Both the position numbers and the translations under genes were made by a program. The notes beneath the pieces were generated by a model. The model saw only the letters and a program-made list of their open reading frames with translations. It had not been told where the DNA came from and made no database searches. Below are positions 32,567 to 43,329 of a DNA stretch of 64,000 bases, one piece after another. The DNA is from Bacteroidaceae bacterium (GTDB lineage Bacteria; Bacteroidota; Bacteroidia; Bacteroidales; Bacteroidaceae). The stretch spans positions 13,838 through 77,837 of the forward strand of contig CAAGHW010000005.1 of assembly GCA_900769765.1 (NCBI GenBank), written 5' to 3'. Every line of letters starts with the position of its first letter. Position 1 is the stretch's first letter.

Positions 32567-32621
32567 TTTTTATTGACCTTTTTTTAAAAATTTGTGCTAT
32601 TTTCGCAAAAACAACTGTTTT

Positions 32622-34667
32622 ATGAAAAAAATACATATTTATATTTTACTGCTTCTTGTAGCCGTAGCCTGCAATAGACCTGTAACGACAAACAACTGTA
32701 ACGTGTTGCCTTTGCCTGACAAGGTTGAACTCAGCAGCAAGGTTTTCACATTGTCGGAAGCGACAGAAATAATAGTTGAGGCACCCGAGAACGACAAAAG
32801 GATTCTCGAGGAGTATCTGCAGGCATCGCTCAATGGCATGGACAATGCAAAAAGCGGTACAATAAGACTTGTTGTAAAGGATAATATAGAAGGTATCTCT
32901 TCGCCCGAGGGTTACCGCATGGAGATTACCCCAAAGGTGATTACCGTTGAGGCTACAAGCGGAGCCGGACTTTTCTACGGCATACAGACCATTCTGCAGA
33001 TGGCAAGAGAGAACAACACCGTTGCTTGCGGTACCATAACCGACGAACCTGCATTTGCATATCGCGGACTGATGCTCGACGTCAGCCGTCACTTCTTCGG
33101 CAAGGAGTTCGTGAAGAAACAGATTGACGCAATAGCACACTTTAAGATGAACCGCCTGCATCTGCACCTCACCGATGCGGCAGGATGGCGAATTGAGATA
33201 AAGAAATATCCGCGCCTGACAGACTTTGCGGCATGGCGCAAGCCCGGACTGTGGAAGGATTGGTGGTTCGGCGACCGCAGATATGTGAATGAGGGTACCG
33301 AGGGTGCATACGGCGGCTACTACACACAGGATGACATCCGCGAGATTGTAAAATATGCGCAGGAGAGATACATCACCATTATCCCCGAAATAGAGATGCC
33401 TGCACACAGCGAAGAGGTGCTGACAGCATACCCCGAACTATCATGTACCCACGAGCCATACAAGCAGGCAGACTTTTGCATAGGCAACGAAAAGACATAC
33501 GAATTCCTTGAAAATGTATTGAGCGAAGTAATTGAATTGTTCCCCAGCGAATACATACACATAGGCGGCGACGAGGCAGGCAAGGCATCGTGGCCACACT
33601 GCCCATTGTGCCAGAAACGCATGAAAGAGGAAAACCTCAACGATGTAAACGAATTGCAGAGCTACCTGATACAGCGCATAGAGAAGTTCGTGAACAGCAA
33701 AGGCCGACAGATTATCGGTTGGGACGAAATTCTCGACGGCGGACTTGCACCGAATGCGACAGTGATGTCATGGCGCGGAACAGAGGGCGGATTGGCAGCC
33801 GTGAACAGCGGACATAAGGCAATTATGACTCCTGGCGGTTACTGCTATCTGGATTCATATCAGGATGCACCGCACACACAGCCAATGGCATTCGGCCCAT
33901 ATATGCCTATCGAAAAGGTATATTCATACAACCCAATCGAGGGCATCGATACTGAAAAAGCAAAACTGATATATGGTGTTCAGGGCAACCTGTGGGCTGA
34001 ATATATTCCTACAGAGGAGATGGTAGAGTACATGGTTTATCCGCGTATCCTTGCCATTGCCGAGATTGGATGGAGCAACCCTACAGAACGCAATATCGAC
34101 GAATTCAAGGAACGTGCCATAAATGCCGTAGAGTGGCTGAGAGCCAAAGGCTACAATGCCTTTGACCTGAAGAACGAGTTCGGACAGCGCAAGGAAGCCA
34201 CTATGGAATCGGACAATATGGCAAAAGGTAAAACCATCAGCTACAACAACGGAATGATGTACAGCAACAGCTACACAGCCGGTGGCAATGAAGCTCTCAT
34301 CGACGGTGTACACGGCGGATGGACATACACCGACAAGAAGTGGCAGGGATTCATTTGTGGCGGTATGGATGTGACAATAGACCTTGGCGAGGAGAAAGAG
34401 ATTACAGCCGTTCATGCCGACTTCATGCAGATGTGCATCCCCGATGTGTGGATGCCTGCCGAGGTAACCATTGCATTGTCGAGCGACAACAGCGACTTCA
34501 ATACTGTTGCCGAGATTACACACAACGTGGTACGCGACGAGGAACTATCGTTCAAGAACTACGGTTGGAAGAGCGACAAGGCTGTAAAGGCACGCTATGT
34601 ACGCTACACTGCAAAGAGCGGCAAGCAGGGTGGATGGCTGTTTACCGACGAGATAGAAATAAAGTAA
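32622..34667 (+). CDS. GH20 beta-N-acetylhexosaminidase with C-terminal F5/8 type C (discoidin) domain
   Basis: GH20 motifs (RGLMLDVSRHF, HLHLTDAAGWR, HIGGDE, GNLWAEY). The C-terminal ~140 aa are discoidin-like. Start taken at the ATG at 32622 (MKKIHIYILLLLVAVAC, lipoprotein-like). Confidence 0.92.
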   Translation: MKKIHIYILLLLVAVACNRPVTTNNCNVLPLPDKVELSSKVFTLSEATEIIVEAPENDKRILEEYLQASLNGMDNAKSGTIRLVVKDNIEGISSPEGYRMEITPKVITVEATSGAGLFYGIQTILQMARENNTVACGTITDEPAFAYRGLMLDVSRHFFGKEFVKKQIDAIAHFKMNRLHLHLTDAAGWRIEIKKYPRLTDFAAWRKPGLWKDWWFGDRRYVNEGTEGAYGGYYTQDDIREIVKYAQERYITIIPEIEMPAHSEEVLTAYPELSCTHEPYKQADFCIGNEKTYEFLENVLSEVIELFPSEYIHIGGDEAGKASWPHCPLCQKRMKEENLNDVNELQSYLIQRIEKFVNSKGRQIIGWDEILDGGLAPNATVMSWRGTEGGLAAVNSGHKAIMTPGGYCYLDSYQDAPHTQPMAFGPYMPIEKVYSYNPIEGIDTEKAKLIYGVQGNLWAEYIPTEEMVEYMVYPRILAIAEIGWSNPTERNIDEFKERAINAVEWLRAKGYNAFDLKNEFGQRKEATMESDNMAKGKTISYNNGMMYSNSYTAGGNEALIDGVHGGWTYTDKKWQGFICGGMDVTIDLGEEKEITAVHADFMQMCIPDVWMPAEVTIALSSDNSDFNTVAEITHNVVRDEELSFKNYGWKSDKAVKARYVRYTAKSGKQGGWLFTDEIEIK

Positions 34668-34686
34668 CGACAAATACATTACAATT

Positions 34687-37600
34687 ATGAATACAAGGAG
34701 TCTAACTATTGCAATTTTGTTTATTACATTGGCCTTGCCTATAAGCACTATAGCACAGACTGATGTAAACAGGGAGAAATACCCAGACTATAGCGATTGT
34801 ATCAACCCAGACTATACAATGTTGCAGACAGCAACGGCACAGAAGAGTGCATCCCGTAGCGTCGAGACAAGAGCTACGCGACCTGCATACGTAAACAATG
34901 CGGAACAGAAGTTTTTCCCTCCTGTATTCAACCAGGACGGTGGCTCGTGCGGTTCAGCTTCGCGAATCTGCTATATGTTCACATACGAACTGAACGCTTA
35001 CCGCGACCTTGACGGAAAACAATCGACAAACTACTACCCTTCGCATTTCGTGTGGTTGCTGACAAACAGCAGTTCGGGCAAGAATGAATTCGTGACAAGC
35101 ATAGGAGTTCCATCAGCGGCAACATACGGTGGACAGACATACTCATACAAATTCGGCAATCAGGACTGCAGCGACAACTCTTTCGGTTGGATGCAGGGAT
35201 ATGACAAATGGTTCGAGGCTATGCACAACCGCATGCTTGCACCTGTCAACACTCCATTGAATGTAGGCACAGCCGAGGGACGCGAACTTGTAAAGAACTG
35301 GCTGTGGAACCACAACGGTGACACAAGCTTCAAGGCCGGCGGTATATGCGGTGTCGGCGTTGGCAGCAACGGAGGTAACTTCGAAGCAAAACTCCCCAAC
35401 ACATCGGCCAACAGCAATGCCGGCGTTGTAGGTAAAAAGTATGTAAAATCGTGGGGTCCACAACTTGACCACGCTGTTACAATCGTAGGTTATGACGACC
35501 GCATTGAATTCGACCTTGACGGCAATGGCGTTGCCGGAGAAACAAGCAAGGACGAGGTAGGTGCATGGATTATCGTGAACTCATGGGGAAGCTCATGGGG
35601 AAACAACGGTTTCATATATTGCCCATACGCCTATGGTGGTGCCACATCCAACAGCAACGGGACATTCACCGGAAACTGGTGGCAACCCGAACTGTACAAA
35701 GTAAGAAAGGACTATCGTCCGTTGCGTACCATAAAGTTGGAGATGGACTACTCGCGTCGAAGCGAGATAAAGCTCTCTGCCGGTATTTCATCGGATATAA
35801 ATTCCGACACGCCAGAGAAGGTCATTGAATTCGAACACTTCAAGTATGCAGGTGACGGCAACTACGGAAATACAAGACCTGCACCAGAGGTTCCGATGCT
35901 CGGCAAGTGGGCCGACGGCAAGATGCATACCGAGCCTATGGAATTCGGATATGACCTGACCGACCTTACCAAAGGATACGACCGCGCTATGCCGTTGAAA
36001 TACTTCTTTATTGTAGAGACACGTGATTGGGCTGCCGGAAGCGGTAACATTCACAGTGCCTCAATAATGAACTACGAATTCAATGAAGAGGGCATTGAGA
36101 CACCGTTCATGCTCACGAACGGCAAACAGGAGATAAGGAGTGCCGGCAACAAGACCATAATATCGACAATTGTTTACGGAGACCCATATTATGCGCCACA
36201 AAATCCGTTCATAAGCAACAGCATCCTGCAGTGGAGTGCACCATTGCCGTCAACAAACAAGATATCCAAATACAACATTTACCATAACGACAACAAGATT
36301 GCAGAAGTCTCTTCAAGTACATTCAGCTACTATATCCCATCGTCGGAAAGCAAAGAGGGTATATTCGGTGTCTCAGCCGTTTATGAAGGCGATATAGAGA
36401 CAGAAAAGGCAAGCACTATTGCACCAATACTTTACGAAAGTACAAACAAAGCCATAAACCTCCAGGCATCGGGTGTGAGATTGCCGGAAATCTTCAATGA
36501 GAAATACGAGGAGGCTACCATAGAATACTACATAAAGCCCAATTCATTGAAAAACTGGAATCAGGTAATAGGTCCGGGATGGAGCACATTCATGATGCAT
36601 GCCGAAAGCAGCGGAGCATTCACTGCAGGTTGGAACTCAACAGCCAACGACCGTTTTACCACAAGCACATCGATATTGCGCACCGGAACATGGACACATA
36701 TAGCATTGGTAATCAAAGGCAACAAAATGACCCTTTATGCCAACGGTGTGGAGAAGGGCAGCTGCACATCATCCAATTACAGTGGAATAGGAAGTTTCGG
36801 CAGTCTGGAACTAAGGGCTGAAAATGACGTTTACAACACAAACAACGATGCACAATATGACGAGATACGTATCTGGAACGTTGCACGCAGTGCCAACGAG
36901 ATAAAGGATTCGTATAATTCACAATATTCAGGAACATTGTGTCCGAAAGGTCTGATTGCGTATTATAAAGGCGACATCATCAATGTCAACGGCAAGAACA
37001 TGTTACACGAATACATATCGAGCAAACACGGCGAGTTCCTCAACAACAGTTACAGCAGTGTAACAAGCAGTCAGTCGCTCAGCGGAAACACATCGCCAAG
37101 CGTCAACATCAATGCCATAAGCGGTTATGTATATGTAGGAACACCAGTCAAGCTATCTGCAACATACAACAATGCTGTTTCAAAACTGAAATGGACCGTA
37201 TCGGATGCCGGAATAACAAACCTTGCCGTTGACGAGCCGATTGTCACGTTCAAGAATTCCGGTTACCAGACGATAACTGTTGTTGCCGAAAACAGCAACG
37301 GCAACAGCGTCACCAAGAATATGTCGATATATGTATATCCCGAAAAGAATATCGATGCCACATTCACCGCAAGCAAGGAGGATGTCATTATGGGCGAAAA
37401 GGTTTCATTCATCATCAGCAACCCCTCTTTTGGAGAGATGTACGAATGGAATATTGCAGGAGCCGAGGAAAATATCGTTTATGGACAGCACGGATATGCA
37501 ATATTCAAGGAGCCGGGAAGACAGCAGGTAACCCTTAAAGTCACATCGCTTAGCGGAAACAAGACGGCAACATCAAGCATATATGTAGATGTAGCGGGTT

Positions 37601-39213
37601 CTGCTCCTGTAGCCGATTTCGAGGTAACTCCGGGTATTGTCATGAAAGGAGAGAGGGTGTATTTGACCGACAAGTCCAAATATACTCCCGTAAATTGGTG
37701 TTGGACCATAGAAAGCGATGCAAAACAATATGTAATAAACGAGCAGAACGGAAGTTTCACACCAAAGAAGAGCGGTATCTACGATGTAACGCTCGAAGCA
37801 AGCAACAATATAGGTTCAAACAGCACCACACGCGAACGTGCGATAATCGTATGCAATGCAGACAGCAAGAACGGCCTGAGCTTCAGCGGAAGAGACAATG
37901 CAAAAGTCGTTGCGTCGACCAACGGTTTTTCGGGACAGAGCAGTGCATTTACAGTTGAATGGTGGATGCGTCCGGACAATCTTCAGAGCAATTGTCTTGG
38001 TATAGGAGAGAGCGAATCGACATTCCTTGTTACCACTGAGGCCGACGGCAGAATGAACATGCACATAGGCGGTAGGAAAATAAGAGGATTTTCAGGCTAT
38101 GTCATAGCGAACGAATGGCATCATTATGCTGTTATATTGGAAAACGGTTATGTGGCCTTGTATCGTGACGGCGAATACTTTGAGAGAGACTACATATCGT
38201 ACAATGCAAGCATTCCTTCACTCGGCAGCTTTAGCATAGGCAATGACAATGCTAGAATGAACGGACAGATTGACGAGTTCCGCGTATGGAAGAAAGCGCT
38301 CAATAGAGAATCGCTTATAGAGGTCAGCAACGCTCCTATTGAAAACCCAAGCAAGTATAGCGACCTGGTACTTTACTACGACTTCAACCAGAGCGGCGGT
38401 TATGTCATTGACCGCACATCAAACAATAACTACGGAGTACGTAGCGGATTCGGCCCCGACGGTGATGCTTGGGGCTTGTCAAAAGGTGTTTTCTGCCTAA
38501 GCTATGGCGAGGAGACAACCAAAGAGGATGTAACATCACTCTATTTGACCAACTATTGTGCAGAATTCGACCATACCAAGAATTGGGTAAACACCAATAC
38601 CTATGACCGTTTCTACGAACTGACGGGGTGGACTATCGAGAATGCCGTAAGAAACGGCAATATAACAACCGGTGCCCATGTCGATGCCCAAAAGGAGTAC
38701 TTCATGACATTCACCTCGAATTGGGACGGATTCGGAGCAGTCAAGAACCACAAGACCTACCAGACAGTTACACTACCGGCCGGCAAGTACAGGTTTGTTG
38801 CCAAGTACGACACATGGGAAGGACAAAGCGGAGACAGCTATCTTGTTGCCGCACATGGAAAGGGATTGCCCGACACCGAAAATGTGGCAAATGCAATAGC
38901 ATATACCAAGATGAAGGAATTTGACTATGAGACCGTATTCTCGAACGAGATTGAGTTTACCCTTGAAAAGGAGACTGAGGTTTCACTTGGCTTAATCGTT
39001 AATTTGAGCTATAGATCGTGCTTGACAATAAAAGAGTTCATCCTTGAATGGGAAGCACTCGAGAATTCCGGTGAAGAGGAGACTGCTATTGTAGAGATTG
39101 CAGAAGATACATTTGAAAACGGTGCAATCTACAATCTTCAGGGAATAAAAGTTCTCAAGCCCGTAAAAGGAAACATATACATAAGGGGCGGTAAGAAATT
39201 CTATGTAAAGTAG
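34687..39213 (+). CDS. 1508-aa multidomain T9SS-secreted protein: papain-like (C1-like) peptidase + Fn3-like + LamG + 3x PKD + LamG + C-terminal jelly-roll-like domain + T9SS CTD
   Basis: - Signal peptide.
- Cys88 in QDGGSCGS (nt 34948), His262 in DHAVTIVGYDD (nt 35470), Asn298 in IVNSWGSSWGNNGF.
- LamG-type ends YDEIRIWNVARSANEI and IDEFRVWKKALNRESL.
- Three ~85-aa PKD-like repeats (about aa 805-1056).
- C-terminus AIYNLQGIKVLKPVKGNIYIRGGKKFYVK is a type A T9SS sorting domain. Confidence 0.85.
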   Translation: MNTRSLTIAILFITLALPISTIAQTDVNREKYPDYSDCINPDYTMLQTATAQKSASRSVETRATRPAYVNNAEQKFFPPVFNQDGGSCGSASRICYMFTYELNAYRDLDGKQSTNYYPSHFVWLLTNSSSGKNEFVTSIGVPSAATYGGQTYSYKFGNQDCSDNSFGWMQGYDKWFEAMHNRMLAPVNTPLNVGTAEGRELVKNWLWNHNGDTSFKAGGICGVGVGSNGGNFEAKLPNTSANSNAGVVGKKYVKSWGPQLDHAVTIVGYDDRIEFDLDGNGVAGETSKDEVGAWIIVNSWGSSWGNNGFIYCPYAYGGATSNSNGTFTGNWWQPELYKVRKDYRPLRTIKLEMDYSRRSEIKLSAGISSDINSDTPEKVIEFEHFKYAGDGNYGNTRPAPEVPMLGKWADGKMHTEPMEFGYDLTDLTKGYDRAMPLKYFFIVETRDWAAGSGNIHSASIMNYEFNEEGIETPFMLTNGKQEIRSAGNKTIISTIVYGDPYYAPQNPFISNSILQWSAPLPSTNKISKYNIYHNDNKIAEVSSSTFSYYIPSSESKEGIFGVSAVYEGDIETEKASTIAPILYESTNKAINLQASGVRLPEIFNEKYEEATIEYYIKPNSLKNWNQVIGPGWSTFMMHAESSGAFTAGWNSTANDRFTTSTSILRTGTWTHIALVIKGNKMTLYANGVEKGSCTSSNYSGIGSFGSLELRAENDVYNTNNDAQYDEIRIWNVARSANEIKDSYNSQYSGTLCPKGLIAYYKGDIINVNGKNMLHEYISSKHGEFLNNSYSSVTSSQSLSGNTSPSVNINAISGYVYVGTPVKLSATYNNAVSKLKWTVSDAGITNLAVDEPIVTFKNSGYQTITVVAENSNGNSVTKNMSIYVYPEKNIDATFTASKEDVIMGEKVSFIISNPSFGEMYEWNIAGAEENIVYGQHGYAIFKEPGRQQVTLKVTSLSGNKTATSSIYVDVAGSAPVADFEVTPGIVMKGERVYLTDKSKYTPVNWCWTIESDAKQYVINEQNGSFTPKKSGIYDVTLEASNNIGSNSTTRERAIIVCNADSKNGLSFSGRDNAKVVASTNGFSGQSSAFTVEWWMRPDNLQSNCLGIGESESTFLVTTEADGRMNMHIGGRKIRGFSGYVIANEWHHYAVILENGYVALYRDGEYFERDYISYNASIPSLGSFSIGNDNARMNGQIDEFRVWKKALNRESLIEVSNAPIENPSKYSDLVLYYDFNQSGGYVIDRTSNNNYGVRSGFGPDGDAWGLSKGVFCLSYGEETTKEDVTSLYLTNYCAEFDHTKNWVNTNTYDRFYELTGWTIENAVRNGNITTGAHVDAQKEYFMTFTSNWDGFGAVKNHKTYQTVTLPAGKYRFVAKYDTWEGQSGDSYLVAAHGKGLPDTENVANAIAYTKMKEFDYETVFSNEIEFTLEKETEVSLGLIVNLSYRSCLTIKEFILEWEALENSGEEETAIVEIAEDTFENGAIYNLQGIKVLKPVKGNIYIRGGKKFYVK

Positions 39214-39258
39214 TATATTTCAAGACGCCTTTAAACAGATAACATAACATTCGACATA

Positions 39259-41103
39259 ATGGAAAAGGAAAGACTTTTCAATGAATTCCAACCGGTGACA
39301 TCCCAGGATTGGAAGAACAAGATTATAGAGGACCTTAAAGGTGCCGACTATGACAAGAAGATGATTTGGAGAACAGCCGAGGGGTTCGACGTAAACCCGT
39401 TCTACCGCAAGGAGGACTTGCCGAAAGGGTGCGAAAGCGAGATTCCCGGCAAATTCCCGTTCACTCGCGGAAACAGAGCCGAGAATAACTGGCTTGTACG
39501 TCAGGACCTGAACATTGCCGATGCTACGGAAGCCAATGCCAAAGCAAAGAAAATAATTGCCGAGGGTGTTGAATCGATAGCGTTCAGGGTAAAAGGCAAA
39601 TGGGTTACACCCGAGTATATCCCCACTCTGCTCAACGGCATTGACGCAGAAAAGGTTGAACTGAACTTCAATGTATGCCACGGCAAGGTTGTGGAGTTCA
39701 CCACTCTGCTTGTGGAATATTACAGACAACGTGGATTCAACCTCGAAGACATACGAGGCTCAATAAACTACGACCCTATTGAAAAGGAGATGTTCGCAGG
39801 CAAGGTCTCCGAGAATTACACAGAGGTGATGAAAGCCCTGATAGAGGCAACTGCTGCAATGCCAAAGATGCGTTGTATTGGCGTGAACAGCGGTAAGCTG
39901 AACAATGCCGGAGCATATATTGCACAAGAACTGGGTTATGCCCTTGCTTGGGGTAATGAACACCTTGCCGTTGCAACCGAAGCCGGCATTCCTGTTGACG
40001 CTGTATCCAAAAAGATTAAGTTCAACATGGGCATTTCGAGCAACTTCTTCATGGAGATTGCAAAGTTCCGTGCGGCACGTATGCTGTGGGCAAAGATTGT
40101 CGAGCAATATTCACCCGAATGCCGTTGCGCATGCAAGATGATTGTACATGCCGAGACATCGCAGTTCAACCTCACACTGTTCGACTCGTATGTGAACATG
40201 CTCCGCACACAGACCGAAGCGATGAGCGCGGCAATAGCAGGTGTGGAATCAATAACAGTAACACCATACGACACTGTCTATGAAGAGCCCACAGACTTTG
40301 CCATGCGCATAGCAAAGAACCAGCAACTGATATTGAAGCACGAGAGTCACCTCGACAAGGTTGCCGACCCTGCCGGCGGTTCATACTATATAGAAAGCCT
40401 CACTGCATCAATAGCCAACGAAGCATGGAAACAGTTCCTTGCAATAGAGAACGAGGGCGGATTCCACAAAGCAGTAAAGGAGGGTAAGGTTCAGGCGGAT
40501 ATAGAAAAGACCGCAGAGAGCCGTCGCACAGCTCTTGCAAAGCGCAAGGAGATACTTTTGGGAACAAACCAATATCCCAATTTCAGCGAACTTTCCGAAG
40601 GCAAACGCCCAAAGAGTGCCGTTTGCGGATGCGGTTGTCACGACGAAGAGAACAAATCCATTACCATAGCCACGAGACGATTGGGCGAGGAATTTGAGCA
40701 GTTGCGCATACAGACAGAGGAGAGCGGACGCAGACCTAAGGCATTCATGCTAACCATAGGTAACCTTGCCATGCGACAGGCAAGAGCGCAGTTCTCTTGC
40801 AACTTCCTTGCAACAGCAGGCTATGAAGTTATCGACAATCTCGGATTCAAGAGCGTTGAGGATGGTGTTAAAGCGGCACTTGATGCCAAAGCCGACATTG
40901 TGGTTATATGTTCAAGCGATGACGAATATGCCGAGTATGCAATACCTGCATATCAGGCAATAGGCGACAAGGCCATATTCATTGTTGCAGGTGCTCCGGC
41001 ATGCATGCCCGAACTGCAACAGGCAGGAATAGAGAACTTCATCCATGTGAGGGTGAATGTTCTTGACACCTTGAGAGAACTTAACAGAAAGTTGGGTATT
41101 TAA
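39259..41103 (+). CDS. mutA: methylmalonyl-CoA mutase small (beta) subunit
   Basis: 614 aa. MCM-like TIM barrel without a complete catalytic set. Directly upstream of the large subunit. Confidence 0.88.
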   Translation: MEKERLFNEFQPVTSQDWKNKIIEDLKGADYDKKMIWRTAEGFDVNPFYRKEDLPKGCESEIPGKFPFTRGNRAENNWLVRQDLNIADATEANAKAKKIIAEGVESIAFRVKGKWVTPEYIPTLLNGIDAEKVELNFNVCHGKVVEFTTLLVEYYRQRGFNLEDIRGSINYDPIEKEMFAGKVSENYTEVMKALIEATAAMPKMRCIGVNSGKLNNAGAYIAQELGYALAWGNEHLAVATEAGIPVDAVSKKIKFNMGISSNFFMEIAKFRAARMLWAKIVEQYSPECRCACKMIVHAETSQFNLTLFDSYVNMLRTQTEAMSAAIAGVESITVTPYDTVYEEPTDFAMRIAKNQQLILKHESHLDKVADPAGGSYYIESLTASIANEAWKQFLAIENEGGFHKAVKEGKVQADIEKTAESRRTALAKRKEILLGTNQYPNFSELSEGKRPKSAVCGCGCHDEENKSITIATRRLGEEFEQLRIQTEESGRRPKAFMLTIGNLAMRQARAQFSCNFLATAGYEVIDNLGFKSVEDGVKAALDAKADIVVICSSDDEYAEYAIPAYQAIGDKAIFIVAGAPACMPELQQAGIENFIHVRVNVLDTLRELNRKLGI

Positions 41104-41114
41104 ATTATACAGCC

Positions 41115-43250
41115 ATGAGAAAAGATTTCAACAATATAGATATTTTCGAGAGTGCAGCGGTTGTATCATGCGCTTCGACAGCAATGCCCGACAACTCTTG
41201 GGAAACAGCCGAACACATTAAGGTCAAGCCAGTATATACGGCCGACGACCTTAAGGACATGGAACATCTGGAGTATGCGGCAGGTATCCCGCCATTCTTG
41301 CGTGGACCATATTCAATGATGTACACGTTCCGTCCTTGGACCATACGCCAATATGCAGGATTCTCTACAGCCGAGGAGAGCAACGCCTTCTACCGTCGCA
41401 ACCTTGCATCGGGACAGAAAGGCCTTTCTGTGGCATTCGACCTTCCCACACACCGCGGATATAACCCCGACAACGAACGCGTAGTGGGCGACGTGGGAAA
41501 AGCAGGTGTTTCCATCTGCTGTATGGAGAATATGGAACAGCTTTTCGACGGAATACCATTGAACAAGATGTCTGTTTCAATGACCATGAACGGTGCGGTG
41601 TTGCCTGTTCTTGCATTCTATATAAACGCGGCACTTGAGCAGGGTGCGAAACTCGAGGAGATGGCAGGAACAATACAGAACGACATCCTCAAGGAGTTCA
41701 TGGTGCGTAACACATACATTTACCCACCTGCATTCTCAATGCGTATAATAGGCGACATTTTTGCCTATACATCGCAGAAGATGCCGAAGTTCAATTCCAT
41801 ATCAATCAGCGGTTACCACATGCAGGAGGCAGGTGCATCGGCAGACATTGAGTTGGCATATACCCTTGCCGACGGCTTGGAGTATGTACGCACAGGTGTA
41901 AATGCAGGCATTGACATTGATGCTTTTGCTCCACGCCTGTCGTTCTTCTGGGGCATTGGCATGAACCCGTTTATGGAGATAGCAAAGATGCGTGCGGCAC
42001 GTATGCTCTGGGCCAAGATTATAAAAAGCTTCAACCCGAAGAATCCAAAGTCGATGGCGTTGCGTACTCACTGCCAGACATCGGGATGGTCACTCACCGA
42101 GCAAGACCCGTTCAACAACGTGGGACGCACCGTAATAGAGGCCATGTCGGCTGCGATGGGACATACACAGTCGTTGCATACCAACGCACTTGACGAGGCC
42201 ATAGCATTGCCTACAGACTTTTCGGCACGTATTGCGCGCAACACACAGATATACTTGCAGGAAGAGACGAACATTTGCCGTGTAATAGACCCGTGGGGCG
42301 GTTCATACTATGTAGAGAGCCTTACACAGGAGCTTGCCGACAAGGCATGGAAACTCATTCAGGAGATTGAGGAACTTGGCGGCATGGCAAAGGCCATAGA
42401 GACCGGCATACCTAAGATGCGTATTGAAGAGGCTGCAGCACGTACACAGGCACGTATAGACAGTGGCAAGCAGATTATTGTAGGAACCAATGCTTACTGC
42501 CTTGCTGAGGAAGAGCCAATCGATATACTTGAGATTGACAACACCGCTGTACGAAAGGAGCAGCTCGAAGCCATCGAGCGCAACCGCACATCGCGCGACG
42601 AGGTTGCAGTAAAGGAGGCTCTTGACAAGATTACAGCATGTGCAGAGAGTGGCGAGGGCAACTTGCTCGAATGCGCTGTTGAGGCAGCTCACCTGCGTGC
42701 TACATTGGGAGAGATATCAGATGCCTGCGAAAAGGTTGCAGGACGTTATAAAGCAGTAATAAGAACAATTTCAGGCGTGTATTCAGCAGAGAGCCGTAAC
42801 GACGAGAACTTTGAGAAGGCTTGTCGATTGACCGAAGAGTTTGCAAAGAGAGAGGGACGCCGTCCCCGAGTTATGATTGCCAAGATGGGACAGGACGGTC
42901 ACGACCGCGGTGCAAAGGTTGTAGCTACGGGATATGCCGACTGCGGTTTTGACGTTGATATGGGAATGTTGTTCCAGACACCTGCCGAGGTTGCTCGCCA
43001 GGCGGTGGAGAACGACGTGCATGCTGTGGGCGTATCATCGCTTGCGGCAGGACACAAGACACTCATCCCGCAACTCATCGAAGAACTCGAGAAACTCGGA
43101 CGTGGTGACATCATGGTATTTGCAGGCGGTGTGATACCTGCACAGGACTATGAATTCCTGTACCGTGCAGGAGTGATTGGAATATTCGGCCCCGGAACAA
43201 GCGTGGCAAAGGCTGCTTGTGAGCTGATGAAGATATTCCTCGACAAGTAA
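41115..43250 (+). CDS. mutB: methylmalonyl-CoA mutase large (alpha) subunit
   Basis: 711 aa. [19 protein letters not shown]..., C-terminal B12-binding domain with [11 protein letters not shown] (DxHxxG). Confidence 0.95.
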   Translation: MRKDFNNIDIFESAAVVSCASTAMPDNSWETAEHIKVKPVYTADDLKDMEHLEYAAGIPPFLRGPYSMMYTFRPWTIRQYAGFSTAEESNAFYRRNLASGQKGLSVAFDLPTHRGYNPDNERVVGDVGKAGVSICCMENMEQLFDGIPLNKMSVSMTMNGAVLPVLAFYINAALEQGAKLEEMAGTIQNDILKEFMVRNTYIYPPAFSMRIIGDIFAYTSQKMPKFNSISISGYHMQEAGASADIELAYTLADGLEYVRTGVNAGIDIDAFAPRLSFFWGIGMNPFMEIAKMRAARMLWAKIIKSFNPKNPKSMALRTHCQTSGWSLTEQDPFNNVGRTVIEAMSAAMGHTQSLHTNALDEAIALPTDFSARIARNTQIYLQEETNICRVIDPWGGSYYVESLTQELADKAWKLIQEIEELGGMAKAIETGIPKMRIEEAAARTQARIDSGKQIIVGTNAYCLAEEEPIDILEIDNTAVRKEQLEAIERNRTSRDEVAVKEALDKITACAESGEGNLLECAVEAAHLRATLGEISDACEKVAGRYKAVIRTISGVYSAESRNDENFEKACRLTEEFAKREGRRPRVMIAKMGQDGHDRGAKVVATGYADCGFDVDMGMLFQTPAEVARQAVENDVHAVGVSSLAAGHKTLIPQLIEELEKLGRGDIMVFAGGVIPAQDYEFLYRAGVIGIFGPGTSVAKAACELMKIFLDK

Positions 43251-43270
43251 ATATTAAACGAAAAAGGCAG

Positions 43271-43302
43271 AGTCCTTAAAGGTTTGAACACCCTTAAGGA
43301 CT
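43271..43302 (+). terminator. hairpin after mutB
   Basis: AGTCCTTAAAGG-N8-CCCTTAAGGACT (one mismatch), followed by TT. Confidence 0.4.
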
Positions 43303-43329
43303 TTGCTACGCAATATATCGAAGAGAAGA

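Noticed and set aside
39214-39258. Cobalamin riboswitch upstream of mutA; also FMN riboswitch upstream of ribH (19189-19273) and SAM riboswitch upstream of metA (25154-25165)
   Set aside because: The intergenic spaces (45, 85 and 12 nt) are too short for these elements, and no conserved cores were seen.
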